The notes under the pieces were generated by a model, which saw only the letters and a list, made by a program, of their open reading frames with translations, was not told the origin of the DNA and did no database searches. A stretch of DNA of 64,000 nucleotides, from NCBI GenBank assembly GCA_050250935.1, contig JBFWNS010000001.1, positions 224,001 through 288,000 on the forward strand, given 5' to 3'. Shown here in pieces: positions 12,955 through 24,059 of this stretch. The DNA comes from Candidatus Margulisiibacteriota bacterium (lineage in GTDB: Bacteria; Margulisbacteria; Marinamargulisbacteria; JBFWNS01). Each line of letters opens with the position of its first letter. The first letter of the stretch is position 1. Position numbers and translations under genes: made by a program.

Positions 12955-15900
12955 CTATCGCGTATCCACTTCGGTGCCGTCTTCGGAGACAACACGAACA
13001 TCCAATGCAATTGAACGCAATTCTCGCAACAAGACGCGGAACGATTCTGGGGTTCCAGGGCGAGACAAACATTTGCCTTTGATAATGGCTTCGTAGGCTT
13101 TTGAACGGCCGGTTAAATCGTCGGATTTAATGGTCAGCATTTCTTGGAGAGTGTGCGCTGCACCGTAAGCCTCCAAGGCCCATACTTCCATTTCCCCAAA
13201 CCGTTGGCCCCCATACTGCGCTTTACCCCCCAGCGGCTGCTGGGTAACCAAAGAGTAGGGTCCAGTGGATCTTGCATGGATTTTGTCTTCAACCAAGTGA
13301 ATCAGTTTCAACATATACATGCTTCCCACGGTGACTTCACGCTCGAAAGGCTGGCCGGTACGACCGTCGCGAAGGGCAACTTTTCCCGAGGGTTTTACCC
13401 AGGTGTATTGGTCTTCTTTTGAAGCATCAATCAGTTTGCCTTCTACCGATTTTACTGAAGCCAATTCGTCAAAAGCTTCATCGAACAACTGAACTTGATA
13501 GTTTTCGCCCAAAACATGGGAAGCCATTCCCAACAGGGTTTCGAAAAGCTGGCCCACGTTCATCCGTGAAGGAACCCCTAGGGGGTTCAAAATGACGTCA
13601 ATCGCTTCTCCGTTGGGCAAGAAAGGCATGTCTTCTACGGGCAAAATAGTTGAAATAACCCCTTTGTTTCCGTGGCGTCCTGCCATTTTGTCCCCAATTG
13701 AGATTTTACGAAGCTGGGCTACATAAACGCGAACAATACAATTGACTCCTGGAGGCAAGTTATCGCTGGTTTCTCTAGAGAAAACCCGAACACCAATTAC
13801 TTTTCCAGTTACGCCTGAAGATACACGTAGCGAGGTATCGCGCATGTCTCTGGCTTTGTCGCCAAAAATAGCGCGGAGTAGTTTTTCTTCTGCTGGGGGT
13901 TCTGTCTCCCCTTTTGGGGTTACTTTACCGACCAAAATATTACCAGCGCGGACAACAGCACCGACCCGAACAATCCCGTTTTCGTCGAGATTCGACAGGG
14001 CATCTTCGGATACGTTGGGAACCTCGCGGGTGATTTCTTCTGGGCCCAATTTGGTGGTTCGAACATCCACTTCGTACTTGTGAATGTGAATGGACGAGAA
14101 GGTGTCTTCTTTAACCAGTTTTTCGGAGATGATAATAGCGTCTTCGAAGTTGTACCCTTCCCAAGGCAAAAAGGCGACCAGAACGTTGCGTCCCAAGGCC
14201 AATTCTCCCATTTGGGTCGAAGCTCCATCCGCAATCACCTGATCTTTTTCAACCTTATCGCCTTCGCGAACGATGGGCTTTTGGTTTTTACAAGTGTTTT
14301 GATTCGAGCGCAGGTACTTTTGCAACAAATAAACATCGTCTTTGTCTTTAGACCCTTCAGGTTTAATGACAATTTCTTCGCCGGTTACTTTTTTGACAAC
14401 CCCTGCCCGCTTGGCTTTTACCAAACTGCAAGAATCTCGGGCAACCACTTGTTCGATCCCTGTCCCAATAAAGGGAGCCTTGGGGTGAAGCAAGGGCACA
14501 GCTTGACGTTGCATGTTCGCACCCATCAAAGCCCGGTTGGCGTCATCATGCTCCAAGAAGGGAATCAAGGCACAAGAAACCCCCAACAATTGCTGAGGAG
14601 AAACGCCAATATAGTGCACATCGCTGGGGCTCATAATCACGAATTCGCGGTTATAGCGACCCACCACTTGTTTGCCCTTGATTTTCCCGTTTTGAGTGGG
14701 CGTATCCCAAGGGGCGATGACATATTTGTCTTCGATATCGGCTGTGAAATATTCGATTTTGTCTGTGATTTTGCCGTCTTCAACTTTGTAGTAGGGGGTT
14801 TCAATGAAACCGAACTCGTTGATTTTAGCGTAGGTGGCCAAAGGACCGATCAAACCGGCGTTTGGACCTTCTGGGGTTTCAATCGGACAAATACGTCCGT
14901 AATGAGAAGGATGAATATCCCGAACTTCGAAACCAGCACGTTCCTTGGTCAAACCACCAGGTCCCAAGGCACTCAAGCGTCGCTTGTGGGCAATTTCGGC
15001 CAAGGGGTTGGTTTGGTCCATAAATTGGGACAGCTGAGAGCTTCCAAAGAACTCTCTCATGATGGCCACCAAAGGACGAATGTTGATGAGGTGTTGGGGA
15101 ACGATTCTTTCGTTGCCTTTGACTGCCATTTGTTCTCGGATCGAACGCTCCAAACGGGCCAAACCAATTCGGAATTGTTTTTGAAGCTGTTCGCCAACAC
15201 TGCGAATACGACGGTTACCCAAGTGATCGATGTCGTCTGTACTGCCTTCGCCACGGATCAAATCGATGATTTGGTTCACTACAGAAATGATGTCATCGTT
15301 ACACAATACTGTTGTGTTGATGTCCACATCCAATTCAAGTCGTCGGTTAATTCTGTAACGACCTACTTTGGCCAAATCGTATTTTCCTGGATCAAAGAAA
15401 AGGTTGTTTAGTAACAACTTCGCGCCTTCTAGGGTGACTGGGTCTCCAGGGCGAAGTTTACGGTGAATTTCAAACAAGGCATCTTTTTGAGACTCCACAG
15501 GTCCTTTTTCAAGGGTTCTGGTGATGATGTCTTTGTCTTTGGCAAGTTTTAAAATATCTTCTTCGGTATACCCCAAGGCACCCAAAAGAACGGTTACAGG
15601 CAACTTTTTGATTTTGTTGATATTCGCATAGATAACCTGGTTGACATCGGTTTCGATTTCAAGCCAAGCGCCTCGGTTAGGGATGATGGTTGCCAAATAG
15701 GTAACACGGTCTGCGATACCAATTTTTTTTCTGAAATAAACACCTGGTGATCGAATAAACTGACTGACGACCACACGTTCTGAACCGTTAACCAAGAAGG
15801 TTCCCATATCGGACATTACGGGAATATCACTCATGAAGACTTCTTGTTCGGTGATTTCGCCCGTTTCTCTGTTAATTAAACGAACCGGAACCCGTAACGA

Positions 15901-16173
15901 AGCCGAGTAGGTGATTTCGCGGTGCTTGCATTCTTCAAATGAAAATTCTGGCTCATCCAAATGATAGCCATCCAAAAACTCCAATTCATATTTGCCGCCG
16001 TAGGCAACAATGGGAGAAATATTTTTAAATTCTTCTTTAAGGCCTTCATCAATAAACTTTTTGAAGGAATTGAGCTGAATCTCGATCAGATTCGGGATTT
16101 CAAGACGATTTTCGGGGGCTTTGGCATTCAACAGAACGCGTTTTCTCGGTTTTAAAACTTGCACGAGTTTCAC
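12955..16173 (-). CDS. rpoB: RNA polymerase beta subunit
   Basis: [52 protein letters not shown]. Confidence 0.99.
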   Translation of the reverse strand: MKLVQVLKPRKRVLLNAKAPENRLEIPNLIEIQLNSFKKFIDEGLKEEFKNISPIVAYGGKYELEFLDGYHLDEPEFSFEECKHREITYSASLRVPVRLINRETGEITEQEVFMSDIPVMSDMGTFLVNGSERVVVSQFIRSPGVYFRKKIGIADRVTYLATIIPNRGAWLEIETDVNQVIYANINKIKKLPVTVLLGALGYTEEDILKLAKDKDIITRTLEKGPVESQKDALFEIHRKLRPGDPVTLEGAKLLLNNLFFDPGKYDLAKVGRYRINRRLELDVDINTTVLCNDDIISVVNQIIDLIRGEGSTDDIDHLGNRRIRSVGEQLQKQFRIGLARLERSIREQMAVKGNERIVPQHLINIRPLVAIMREFFGSSQLSQFMDQTNPLAEIAHKRRLSALGPGGLTKERAGFEVRDIHPSHYGRICPIETPEGPNAGLIGPLATYAKINEFGFIETPYYKVEDGKITDKIEYFTADIEDKYVIAPWDTPTQNGKIKGKQVVGRYNREFVIMSPSDVHYIGVSPQQLLGVSCALIPFLEHDDANRALMGANMQRQAVPLLHPKAPFIGTGIEQVVARDSCSLVKAKRAGVVKKVTGEEIVIKPEGSKDKDDVYLLQKYLRSNQNTCKNQKPIVREGDKVEKDQVIADGASTQMGELALGRNVLVAFLPWEGYNFEDAIIISEKLVKEDTFSSIHIHKYEVDVRTTKLGPEEITREVPNVSEDALSNLDENGIVRVGAVVRAGNILVGKVTPKGETEPPAEEKLLRAIFGDKARDMRDTSLRVSSGVTGKVIGVRVFSRETSDNLPPGVNCIVRVYVAQLRKISIGDKMAGRHGNKGVISTILPVEDMPFLPNGEAIDVILNPLGVPSRMNVGQLFETLLGMASHVLGENYQVQLFDEAFDELASVKSVEGKLIDASKEDQYTWVKPSGKVALRDGRTGQPFEREVTVGSMYMLKLIHLVEDKIHARSTGPYSLVTQQPLGGKAQYGGQRFGEMEVWALEAYGAAHTLQEMLTIKSDDLTGRSKAYEAIIKGKCLSRPGTPESFRVLLRELRSIALDVRVVSEDGTEVDTR

Positions 16174-16189
16174 CTCTTCATAAAACTGA

Positions 16190-16223
16190 GACCTGAGATC
16201 GAGCGTGGGCTCTCTCTCAGGTC
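16190..16223 (-). terminator. Hairpin between rplL and rpoB (attenuator or processing site candidate)
   Basis: GACCTGAGA..GAGC-loop-GCTC..TCTCAGGTC inverted repeat, followed on the minus strand by TCAGTTTT. Confidence 0.5.
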
Positions 16224-16279
16224 ATCGTTTAGGCAGTAGATTTTTGGAAATAAGACGGAAGGACAAACAAGAGCATCAA

Positions 16280-16687
16280 CTATTTGATTTCTACAGAACC
16301 ACCTTGTTCTTCGAGCTCTTTTTTGATTTTTTCGGCTTCTTCGCGAGAAATGCCTTCTTTAACTGGTTTAGGTGTCGCGTCTACCAAGTCTTTGGCTTCT
16401 TTCAAGCCCAAGCCGGTGATTTCACGAACGGCTTTCAATACTTGGATTTTTTTGTCGCCACAACCGGTCAAGATGACAGAAACGGTTGCATCAGCAGCGG
16501 GGGCTTCAGCAGCGCCACCAGCGGCAGGAGCAGCAGCAACTGCAACAGGGGCAGCGGCCACAACACCAAATTTGTCTTCCAAGGCTTTAACCAATTGAGA
16601 CAACTCTAAAACAGTCAATTTCTCGACGGTTTCGATAACGGACTTAGCGGCTGCGGACAATTCGATCGTGGTAGTTTCTGCGGACAT
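16280..16687 (-). CDS. rplL: 50S ribosomal protein L7/L12
   Basis: [19 protein letters not shown], Ala-rich hinge, [13 protein letters not shown]. Confidence 0.98.
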   Translation of the reverse strand: MSAETTTIELSAAAKSVIETVEKLTVLELSQLVKALEDKFGVVAAAPVAVAAAPAAGGAAEAPAADATVSVILTGCGDKKIQVLKAVREITGLGLKEAKDLVDATPKPVKEGISREEAEKIKKELEEQGGSVEIK

Positions 16688-16707
16688 GTTAGGACCTCCT
16701 GAAAAAA

Positions 16708-17232
16708 TTATTCTTTGTTATTTTTGATCGCGTTTAGTGTGTAGATGAAACCCAAAATTGGACTGTTAAGCGATCGGACCAATCCAGTAATGGGGGACTT
16801 AATCGAGCCAATTGCCTTCGCAATGAGCACCTCTTTTGAGGGCAATTTGGACAGCGCTTTTAAGTCGGCTTCACCAATGACATTCTGTTCAACAATGGCA
16901 CCATGGACACTGAGGGTTCCACCAGATTGTTCAGCAAAATCAACCACAATTTTTGCTGTTCGGACGGGATCTTCCGAAGAGTTAACCAAAATGGAGGGAC
17001 CATTGAACATGTCATCACACTGTTGATAGTTCAGCTGATGAAGGGCAATTTTAGCCAAGGTGTTTTTGCAGACCAACGCATGGGCACCTTGTTTTCTGAG
17101 CTGACTTCTGAACGAGGTCATGTCAGAAACAGACACACCGCTGTATCTTGCGAATACAACGATGGATGAGGACTGAACCTTCTCCTTTACTTTCTCGATT
17201 ACATCGATTTTTTCCTGGCGAATAACGGGCAT
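16708..17232 (-). CDS. rplJ: 50S ribosomal protein L10
   Basis: [23 protein letters not shown] 17232 overlaps the rplA stop (TAATG) with GGAGG upstream. Confidence 0.95.
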   Translation of the reverse strand: MPVIRQEKIDVIEKVKEKVQSSSIVVFARYSGVSVSDMTSFRSQLRKQGAHALVCKNTLAKIALHQLNYQQCDDMFNGPSILVNSSEDPVRTAKIVVDFAEQSGGTLSVHGAIVEQNVIGEADLKALSKLPSKEVLIAKAIGSIKSPITGLVRSLNSPILGFIYTLNAIKNNKE

Positions 17233-17939
17233 TATTGCTCCTCCTTCCATTTCAACCGAGAAGGCTCAACACGCACGCCTGGGCCCATGGTGGTGCACAG
17301 GGTAATGCTTTTGAGATAAACCCCTTTGGATTTGTTGGGTTTTACCTTTTGGATTGTGTCGTAGACCGCTTTGAAGTTATCCAAAAGCTGCTCGTTTGAG
17401 AATGACTTCTTGCCGATACGCATGTGAATTAAACCGGCTTTGTCATTTCTGTATTCCAATTTGCCAGATTTGAATTCTTTAACGGCTGTGGCAATGTTGG
17501 GGGTTACCGTTCCACTTTTGGGATTGGGCATTAACCCTTTAGCACCCAGGGTTTTACCCAATTTACTGATCTTGGCCATCATGTCTGGAGCCGCAACCAC
17601 CAAATCGAAATCAAACCAGCCGCCTTGGATTTTTTCCACCAAATCTTCGCCGCCTACAAAATCGGCACCAGCATCTTTGGCTGCGATGAGCTGTTCGCCT
17701 TGGGCAAAAACCAACACCCGAACATCTTTACCACTGCCATGGGGAAGAACCAAGGTTCCTCTGAGCTGCTGATCAGCTTGCTTGGGATCAATACCCAAAC
17801 CAAAATGCACTTCAACCGTTTCATCAAACTTGGCGAATGCGGCATCTTTAACGAGCTGCAATGCCTCTTTGGGACTAAGCGCGTCTTGGGATTTAACCAA
17901 AGCGGCTTTCTCTATGTATTTTTTTCCTCGAGTCTTCAT
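17232..17939 (-). CDS. rplA: 50S ribosomal protein L1
   Basis: [35 protein letters not shown]. Confidence 0.98.
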   Translation of the reverse strand: MKTRGKKYIEKAALVKSQDALSPKEALQLVKDAAFAKFDETVEVHFGLGIDPKQADQQLRGTLVLPHGSGKDVRVLVFAQGEQLIAAKDAGADFVGGEDLVEKIQGGWFDFDLVVAAPDMMAKISKLGKTLGAKGLMPNPKSGTVTPNIATAVKEFKSGKLEYRNDKAGLIHMRIGKKSFSNEQLLDNFKAVYDTIQKVKPNKSKGVYLKSITLCTTMGPGVRVEPSRLKWKEEQ

Positions 17940-18403
17940 CCTTGCACCTTCACTCCCATGCTTTTTGCGGTCCCTTTAATGATCTTTTTGGCCGCCTCGA
18001 TATCACCTGCGTTTAAATCGCTCATTTTGCTGTGGGCAATTTCTTCGATTTGTTTGTCGGTGATCGTCCCCACGATATTCACGTTGGGTCTTGCAGACCC
18101 TTTATCAACACCGATGGCCTTTAGAATCAGAACCGATGCTGGTGGGGTTTTTAGAACAAACGTGAAAGATCGATCGCCATAAACGGTGATTTCGACAGGA
18201 ACAACCATGTTGCCCTTATCTTTGGTTTGTTCGTTATAAGCTTTGCAAAACTCCATGATGTTCACACCATGTTGACCCAAAGCTGGACCGATTGGTGGTG
18301 CTGGGTTTGCTTTCCCAGCAACAATTTGAAGCTTAATTTTGGCCTGGACTGCTTTTCCGCCTTTGGCCCCTGGTTTCCCAGTTTCTTGAGGTTTTTTACT
18401 CAT
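17936..18403 (-). CDS. rplK: 50S ribosomal protein L11
   Basis: [32 protein letters not shown]. Confidence 0.98.
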   Translation of the reverse strand: MSKKPQETGKPGAKGGKAVQAKIKLQIVAGKANPAPPIGPALGQHGVNIMEFCKAYNEQTKDKGNMVVPVEITVYGDRSFTFVLKTPPASVLILKAIGVDKGSARPNVNIVGTITDKQIEEIAHSKMSDLNAGDIEAAKKIIKGTAKSMGVKVQG

Positions 18404-18431
18404 CTGCTCGACACCTTATCCTTACAAAAAA

Positions 18432-19040
18432 TTATTCGACTGCTTTTTCTACCTGATCGAACTCGAGTTCGACAGGGGTTTCTCGACCGAAAATAGAGAT
18501 GAGGGCTTTCAACTTGCCCCGTTCTGCATTGATTTCGGAAATCGGACCTGAGTAGCCGCGGAAAGGTCCCGCAATGACTTTGATCACTTCACCATTTTCA
18601 AAATCAACATCGATCTTACGGGTCTTTTCGCCCACTTTTCTGAGAACACGGAGAATTTCTTCTTCGGTGACAGGGGTCGCATGGGTTTTGGTTCCAACAA
18701 ATTTCGCCACACCCATCAATTGGCGAATTTCGTAGTACAGGGGATCGGACATGATCATTTCAACAAACACATATCCTGGGAAAATCTTGGAGATCTTCTC
18801 GACGCGTTTGTTATTTTTAATTTCGATGACCTCTTCTTCAGGAACCAAAACGCGGAAAATCTGGTTTTGAAAACCTTTTTCTTCGATGAGGGCCAAAATT
18901 CGGGTTTCTACTTTGTATTCTTTACCGGTAAGGCATTGCAAGATATACCAAGCGCGGCCATCGGCTTGTGGCGCAGAACCTGCGCTTTCTGCTTCGGCTT
19001 GGGGTGTTTCTAGCTCGGTATTTTCTGTTTCTAATGACAT
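18432..19040 (-). CDS. nusG: Transcription termination/antitermination factor NusG
   Basis: [12 protein letters not shown] motif [21 protein letters not shown]. Confidence 0.97.
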   Translation of the reverse strand: MSLETENTELETPQAEAESAGSAPQADGRAWYILQCLTGKEYKVETRILALIEEKGFQNQIFRVLVPEEEVIEIKNNKRVEKISKIFPGYVFVEMIMSDPLYYEIRQLMGVAKFVGTKTHATPVTEEEILRVLRKVGEKTRKIDVDFENGEVIKVIAGPFRGYSGPISEINAERGKLKALISIFGRETPVELEFDQVEKAVE

Positions 19041-19072
19041 ATCAAGAATCCTAAACGTTATAAAAGTATACT

Positions 19073-19255
19073 TTACAGACCGCGGATGAGACCCATGGCC
19101 TGAGATAAAGAAAAATCGATTGAACCAACAACAACTGCAACGACAAACACAATTAATACCACAATGCCGGTTGATTTGGCCACGACATCACGGCTGGGCC
19201 AGATGACCTTGCTTAATTCTTCGCGACTTTGGTGGAGGAAGGACACTACATTCAT
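19073..19255 (-). CDS. secE: Preprotein translocase subunit SecE
   Basis: [10 protein letters not shown] motif plus one transmembrane helix; upstream of nusG. Confidence 0.93.
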   Translation of the reverse strand: MNVVSFLHQSREELSKVIWPSRDVVAKSTGIVVLIVFVVAVVVGSIDFSLSQAMGLIRGL

Positions 19256-19293
19256 AAATTTTATTTTAAACTCAATTTTTTCCGGGAAGATTC

Positions 19294-19370
19294 TGGCAGG
19301 CCCGGTCGGATTCGAACCGACAACACTCGGTTTTGGAGACCGATGCTCTACCAGTTGGAGCTACGGACCT
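19294..19370 (-). tRNA. tRNA-Trp (anticodon CCA)
   Basis: Minus strand AGGTCCGTAGCTCCAACTGGTAGAGCATCGGTCTCCAAAACCGAGTGTTGTCGGTTCGAATCCGACCGGGCCTGCCA; cloverleaf, TTCGAAT T-loop, encoded 3' CCA. Confidence 0.97.
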
Positions 19371-19378
19371 ATGTGACA

Positions 19379-19531
19379 CTATTTGGTCTCTTGGTGAACA
19401 GTCGATTTACGGCAAAATTTGCAGTATTTCTTTAGTTTGATTTTTTCTGTGGTGTTTTTTTTGTTTTTTCTTGTGCTGTATGCGCTGCCACACCCAGGCT
19501 CTGCACACACCAATGTTACCAAAACTCTCAT
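19379..19531 (-). CDS. rpmG: 50S ribosomal protein L33 (Zn-binding form); absent from the ORF track
   Basis: Manual translation [50 protein letters not shown]; rpmG-trnW-secE-nusG order. Confidence 0.95.
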   Translation of the reverse strand: MRVLVTLVCAEPGCGSAYSTRKNKKNTTEKIKLKKYCKFCRKSTVHQETK

Positions 19532-19593
19532 GGCTGATCCTTTAAAACTTGCAAAGTAAGACGTAAGACGGTATCACAGCAATGATGAGGGTG

Positions 19594-20820
19594 TCAATAA
19601 CTTCTAGGGTTTGGTTTGACATACGTTTTGCAGGTTAAAAAGAAGGTTTTGTAAGACGCCAACAGATCGGAAATCAAGTCCGCTTCGTTGTTTTTAACCG
19701 TTAGGCGCCCTGGTTTTGGATTGATTTCCAACACCAACGGCATGGGGCCTGCTGGGCTGTCTTGAAGGATGATATCGATGCCAAAAAACGAAATAAGTTG
19801 GTTTAGAAGAGGGTCTTTTTCCAGGCCCGATCCCCACAAAACGGCTTGGAGCACTTTTTCGATTTCATGCTCGATGTGAATCCAAACCTGTTGGGGGTTG
19901 GACAGGGTCGAAAAATAGGCCGTTGCTGTTTCATAGCCAGCCCTTGCCGTAATGGAATTGGCAGAATTGTCGAGATTTTTTTCAGAAAAGGGTTGATTGG
20001 CCACCCGAACCTTGGCTTGGCGAAAGACCTGAAACCGTAGCGGCGCCCATGAATAAACAGCAACATTAATGCGCAGGTCGGCCTTGCATCCTTTATACAG
20101 CACCGAATCGGCGATGAACCTTTGGACCACATAGCTGGAAGGCGGCAATGACTTGAGGGTTGTGGCAAACTCCGCTTGAGTTTCTGGGGTTACCACATAA
20201 ACCGACTCGCTTCTGGAGCCTAAGTCAGACTTCACCACAATGGCATCGGCCATGCTTAATTGTTGGGACAGTTGAGTTAAAGCCTGGTCTGCATTTAAGG
20301 CGATTTGAGTGTAAGGACGAGGAATGGGTTCGTTTAGGCGTGCATCGGCGGCTTTAAAATAGGTTTCCAAAGCACATTTTCCACAGTGAGCCAAAACAGG
20401 GTCATAGGTAAACACACTGTTTTTCCAGAAGGTTTTGAGCAAGTATTGAATGTAGGCACAGGCCAAATCGCGCTCGCTGATGGGTATGGATGACAGAACA
20501 CCCCGTTGCCGAAGGCTATTAAGGGCTTTCTGATTTTGAGGATTTTCTATAACGGCGGAGGTCCCAGGACATTCATCTAAAATGAGGGCTGGCTCTAGGG
20601 GTTCGGGATCTTCGATTCGAACGGTTCCGGCCGCTGTTTTTTCTACGCCTTTGCAGACCCATACGGATTCATCTTGAATCTTAAGGTGATTCCAGGAGGT
20701 GATGACCACCCGAAATCCACAGTCCACCAAGCACTCGCTGATGGGCTCGAAATCGTCGAAGGTCCTGAAGGAAAGTCCCTCTGGCGCATAGGCATCGGTG
20801 AGTAAATAGAGGAGATCCAT
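19594..20820 (-). CDS. ATP-grasp ligase, tubulin-tyrosine-ligase/YheC-D-like
   Basis: VVKSDLGSRSESV, YVVQRFI, KADLRINVAVYSWAPLR, FFGIDIIL and LEINPKP resemble TTL-family motifs. Confidence 0.65.
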   Translation of the reverse strand: MDLLYLLTDAYAPEGLSFRTFDDFEPISECLVDCGFRVVITSWNHLKIQDESVWVCKGVEKTAAGTVRIEDPEPLEPALILDECPGTSAVIENPQNQKALNSLRQRGVLSSIPISERDLACAYIQYLLKTFWKNSVFTYDPVLAHCGKCALETYFKAADARLNEPIPRPYTQIALNADQALTQLSQQLSMADAIVVKSDLGSRSESVYVVTPETQAEFATTLKSLPPSSYVVQRFIADSVLYKGCKADLRINVAVYSWAPLRFQVFRQAKVRVANQPFSEKNLDNSANSITARAGYETATAYFSTLSNPQQVWIHIEHEIEKVLQAVLWGSGLEKDPLLNQLISFFGIDIILQDSPAGPMPLVLEINPKPGRLTVKNNEADLISDLLASYKTFFLTCKTYVKPNPRSY

Positions 20821-20887
20821 GGGCTTATTTTAGGGATATCATTCAAAAAATTCCATTTTTATTCATCTTACGTTACACTACCCCGAC

Positions 20888-22303
20888 ATGACTATTTCCA
20901 AGAAGAAAACCATCTATTTTATTGGCATCGGCGGTGCTGGTATGAGCGCAATTGCCAAAATTTTATTGGAACAGGGTTATAAAGTAAGCGGATCTGACCT
21001 CAAAGAAACCATTACCACCATTCGGTTAAAGGATTTGGGGGCCAAATTGTTTTATGGTCATGATCCCAAAAACCTGAGATCGGCCGACTATGTGGTGGTT
21101 TCCAGCGCCATTTCGGAAGACAACCCCGAATACACCCATGCCTTACAAGAAAAATTGCCGGTTTTAAAACGGGCCGAAATGCTCAACGAAGTGATGAAGT
21201 CTTTCCCCGGCCGGATTTCGGTTGCGGGCACCCATGGGAAAACCACAACAACCTCGATGATTACCCGGGTTTTGGAGTCTGCGAATCAAAAACCAACCTA
21301 TATTATTGGGGCCGAGATGGCCGATTATGGGGGCAGTGCTGGCCTTGGGGATGGCAATTATGTGGTGGCTGAATCTGATGAAAGCGATGGTTCTTTTCTG
21401 CATTTGGAAGCAACCATTGGGGTTTTAACCAACATCGAACCGGAGCACATGGATTATTACAAACGGGTCGACAATTTGTTTGGCCATTTTGTGACCTTTA
21501 TGAACGCTATTTTATCCCGAAAAGGCTACCTGGTTTTGAATGCAGATGACGCCAATTTAATGAGCTTGGTTCCCCAATTGTCTGACACCTCGTCCGTTAT
21601 TTATTACGGTATTGAAGCCGAGGCCAGCATTCGGGCACAATCGATTGTGCATTCGCCAACAGGTGTTCATTTTAACCTTCTGGTAAATGGAGAAGACATG
21701 GGGGAAGTTCTCTTGTCGGTGAAAGGGGTTCACAATGTGTACAATGCCCTGGCCGCCATTGCCTTTGGTCTTCGGGAACACCTGCCGTTGGATTTGATTA
21801 AGAAAGGCCTTATGAACTTTACAGGGGCCAAACGTCGGCTTCAGGTGATCGGACAAGTCAACGATATTATTGTCTATGATGATTACGGCCACCACCCCAC
21901 CGAAATCCGGGTGACTCTGGAGGGGGTTAAGCAAAGCTTGCAGCGCCGAACCATTTGTATTTTCCAACCCCATCGTTACACCCGAACCCGGGATTTATTG
22001 GAATCGTTTCCCACAGCTTTTGGCGCGGCAGATAAGGTGATTATCACCGAAATTTATTCGGCCAATGAGAAAAAAATATCTGGGATCTCCGGCAAGGTGA
22101 TCGTTGATAAGATGAAAAAACTTTACCCCCAAGTGGATGTTTGTTTTATCTCTAAAAAAAGCGATATCGCATCCAAACTGGCCCCCACCCTTAAACAAGG
22201 CGACGTGGTGATTACCATGGGTGCAGGCGACATTTACACCGTGGCCAAAGAGCTCTACGTCCAACTTAAAGAAGCTTCTCTGGATTTGACTCCCGCCGCA
22301 TGA
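20888..22303 (+). CDS. murC: UDP-N-acetylmuramate--L-alanine ligase
   Basis: FIGIGGAGMS, GTHGKTTT, ESDESDGSF, DDYGHHPTEI, FQPHRYTR. Confidence 0.98.
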   Translation: MTISKKKTIYFIGIGGAGMSAIAKILLEQGYKVSGSDLKETITTIRLKDLGAKLFYGHDPKNLRSADYVVVSSAISEDNPEYTHALQEKLPVLKRAEMLNEVMKSFPGRISVAGTHGKTTTTSMITRVLESANQKPTYIIGAEMADYGGSAGLGDGNYVVAESDESDGSFLHLEATIGVLTNIEPEHMDYYKRVDNLFGHFVTFMNAILSRKGYLVLNADDANLMSLVPQLSDTSSVIYYGIEAEASIRAQSIVHSPTGVHFNLLVNGEDMGEVLLSVKGVHNVYNALAAIAFGLREHLPLDLIKKGLMNFTGAKRRLQVIGQVNDIIVYDDYGHHPTEIRVTLEGVKQSLQRRTICIFQPHRYTRTRDLLESFPTAFGAADKVIITEIYSANEKKISGISGKVIVDKMKKLYPQVDVCFISKKSDIASKLAPTLKQGDVVITMGAGDIYTVAKELYVQLKEASLDLTPAA

Positions 22304-23151
22304 TCGTTCGGCATGAGGTTCCCATCTCGACCCTGACCACCTTTAAAAATCAGGGTACGGTTGGCACGTTGACCCTATTGGAATCTCCCGACGATTTGGC
22401 TGCATTTTTTCCTTGTAAAACCCCATTTTTTGTTTTGGGAAAAGGATCAAATACCCTGATTAATCCCGAAGGACCGATTCAATCGTTTGTGCAACTGTCG
22501 CATCGGTTTATCGCGCCCAGTGTCGAGGGCCATCGCCTGACGGTTTCGGCAGGGACCACCGTCAACATGTTGATGAATTTGGCCGTTCAGCATGGGTTGT
22601 CGGGGCTGGAGTTTTCGGCCGGTGTCCCCGCCAGTGTGGGGGGGATGGTGGCCATGAACTTTGGGTGTTGGAGCAGCGAGGTGGCCGATGTTTTGCTTCG
22701 AGCCTGGGTATTGGACCCGAACACCGGAAAAACCGAATGGTTGTCCAAAACGCAACTGGCCTTTGGCTATAGAAAATCAATCATGTCGACCTCTGATCGG
22801 ATTGTTTTGGCGGCTGAATTTGACCTGAGTCCAGACTCCCCAAAAGCCATTGAAGGCCGTATTTTGGCCAATATTCATACCCGCTTGTCCAAACAACCCC
22901 TGCGCGCCAAGACTTTTGGCAGTTGTTTTAAGAATCCAGATGGCCATTTTGCCGGAGCACTGATCGAAGCGGCCAACCTTAAAAACTTTCGGATTGGCGA
23001 TGCTGCAGTTTCTGAAAAACATGCGAATTTCATGGTCAATCTTGGCAATTCTAATTTTTCGGATATAGAATCACTTATTCGAACCCTTCAAGCGCGTGTC
23101 TTATCGCACGCCAATATTCAACTCGAACCGGAAGTGAAATTGGTCACATGA
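22300..23151 (+). CDS. murB: UDP-N-acetylenolpyruvoylglucosamine reductase
   Basis: LGKGSN, GVPASVGGMVAMN, FGYRKS, GSCFKNP, SEKHANF, LEPEV. Confidence 0.95.
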   Translation: MIVRHEVPISTLTTFKNQGTVGTLTLLESPDDLAAFFPCKTPFFVLGKGSNTLINPEGPIQSFVQLSHRFIAPSVEGHRLTVSAGTTVNMLMNLAVQHGLSGLEFSAGVPASVGGMVAMNFGCWSSEVADVLLRAWVLDPNTGKTEWLSKTQLAFGYRKSIMSTSDRIVLAAEFDLSPDSPKAIEGRILANIHTRLSKQPLRAKTFGSCFKNPDGHFAGALIEAANLKNFRIGDAAVSEKHANFMVNLGNSNFSDIESLIRTLQARVLSHANIQLEPEVKLVT

Positions 23152-24059
23152 ACCTGCCCTTTAAAGATAAAACCGTTGCCGTCATTTGTGGGGGTTATTC
23201 CTCTGAAAAAGAAGTCTCGATTCGGTCTGGCAACAACATTTATGCCGCCCTTAACCAAAAAGGGTACACCACCCTTTTAATCGATCCGGCCACCTCGGCT
23301 TTAAGCGATCACACCTTCGATGTTGCCTTTATTGCCTTGCATGGGGCCCTGGGTGAAGATGGGGCCATCCAAGCCTATTTCGAGCGAGAAGGGATTCCCT
23401 ATACCGGCTCTTCGGCGGCGGTCTCGGCCCTGGCCATGAACAAACTGATGACCAAACAGGTCCTGATTCGCCATGGCCTTCCAACCCCTGCTTATAAAAC
23501 CCTGACAACTCCCTGTTCCGGGGAAGACCTGGGCCTGCCCTTTCCGGTTATTTTAAAACCTATCGACGAAGGCTCCAGTGTGGGTGTCGAGTTGATTGAA
23601 GGCCCGGGATTGTTTAAAGAACGCTGTTCGGCCCATTTGCAACAGTTTCCGTTTTTGTTGGCCGAAACCTTCGTTCCTGGCAAAGAGATTACGGTGAGCG
23701 TGATCGAAAAAAATGGTGCCCCCCTAACCCTGCCCATTTTGGAACTTCGCCCCAAACACGCCTTTTATGACTATCAAGCCAAATATACCCAAGGACTGAC
23801 GGATTTTATTTTGCCAGCCTCTTTGGATGCAGAACTGACAGCCCGGTGTCAGGCTTTGGCTTTGCAGGTTCATCGCTTGTTAGGGTGCCGAGGGATGTCC
23901 CGCACCGACATGATTGTTCATGAGGACCAAGGTCCCTTTGTTTTGGAAATTAACACCATACCAGGCATGACGGATTTGTCAGACCTTCCTGCCCAAGCCC
24001 AGCATGCGGGTATCGCTTTTGCGGATTTGGTGGAATTGATTTTAAATAGCGCACAATGA
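23148..24059 (+). CDS. ddl: D-alanine--D-alanine ligase
   Basis: GGYSSEKEVS, HGALGEDG, GSSVGV, YDYQAKY, LEINTIPGMT. Confidence 0.97.
   Translation: MNLPFKDKTVAVICGGYSSEKEVSIRSGNNIYAALNQKGYTTLLIDPATSALSDHTFDVAFIALHGALGEDGAIQAYFEREGIPYTGSSAAVSALAMNKLMTKQVLIRHGLPTPAYKTLTTPCSGEDLGLPFPVILKPIDEGSSVGVELIEGPGLFKERCSAHLQQFPFLLAETFVPGKEITVSVIEKNGAPLTLPILELRPKHAFYDYQAKYTQGLTDFILPASLDAELTARCQALALQVHRLLGCRGMSRTDMIVHEDQGPFVLEINTIPGMTDLSDLPAQAQHAGIAFADLVELILNSAQ

Noticed and set aside
14080..15411. 443-aa plus-strand ORF
   Set aside because: Antisense shadow of rpoB with no protein motifs; the same applies to the other antisense ORFs in conserved genes.
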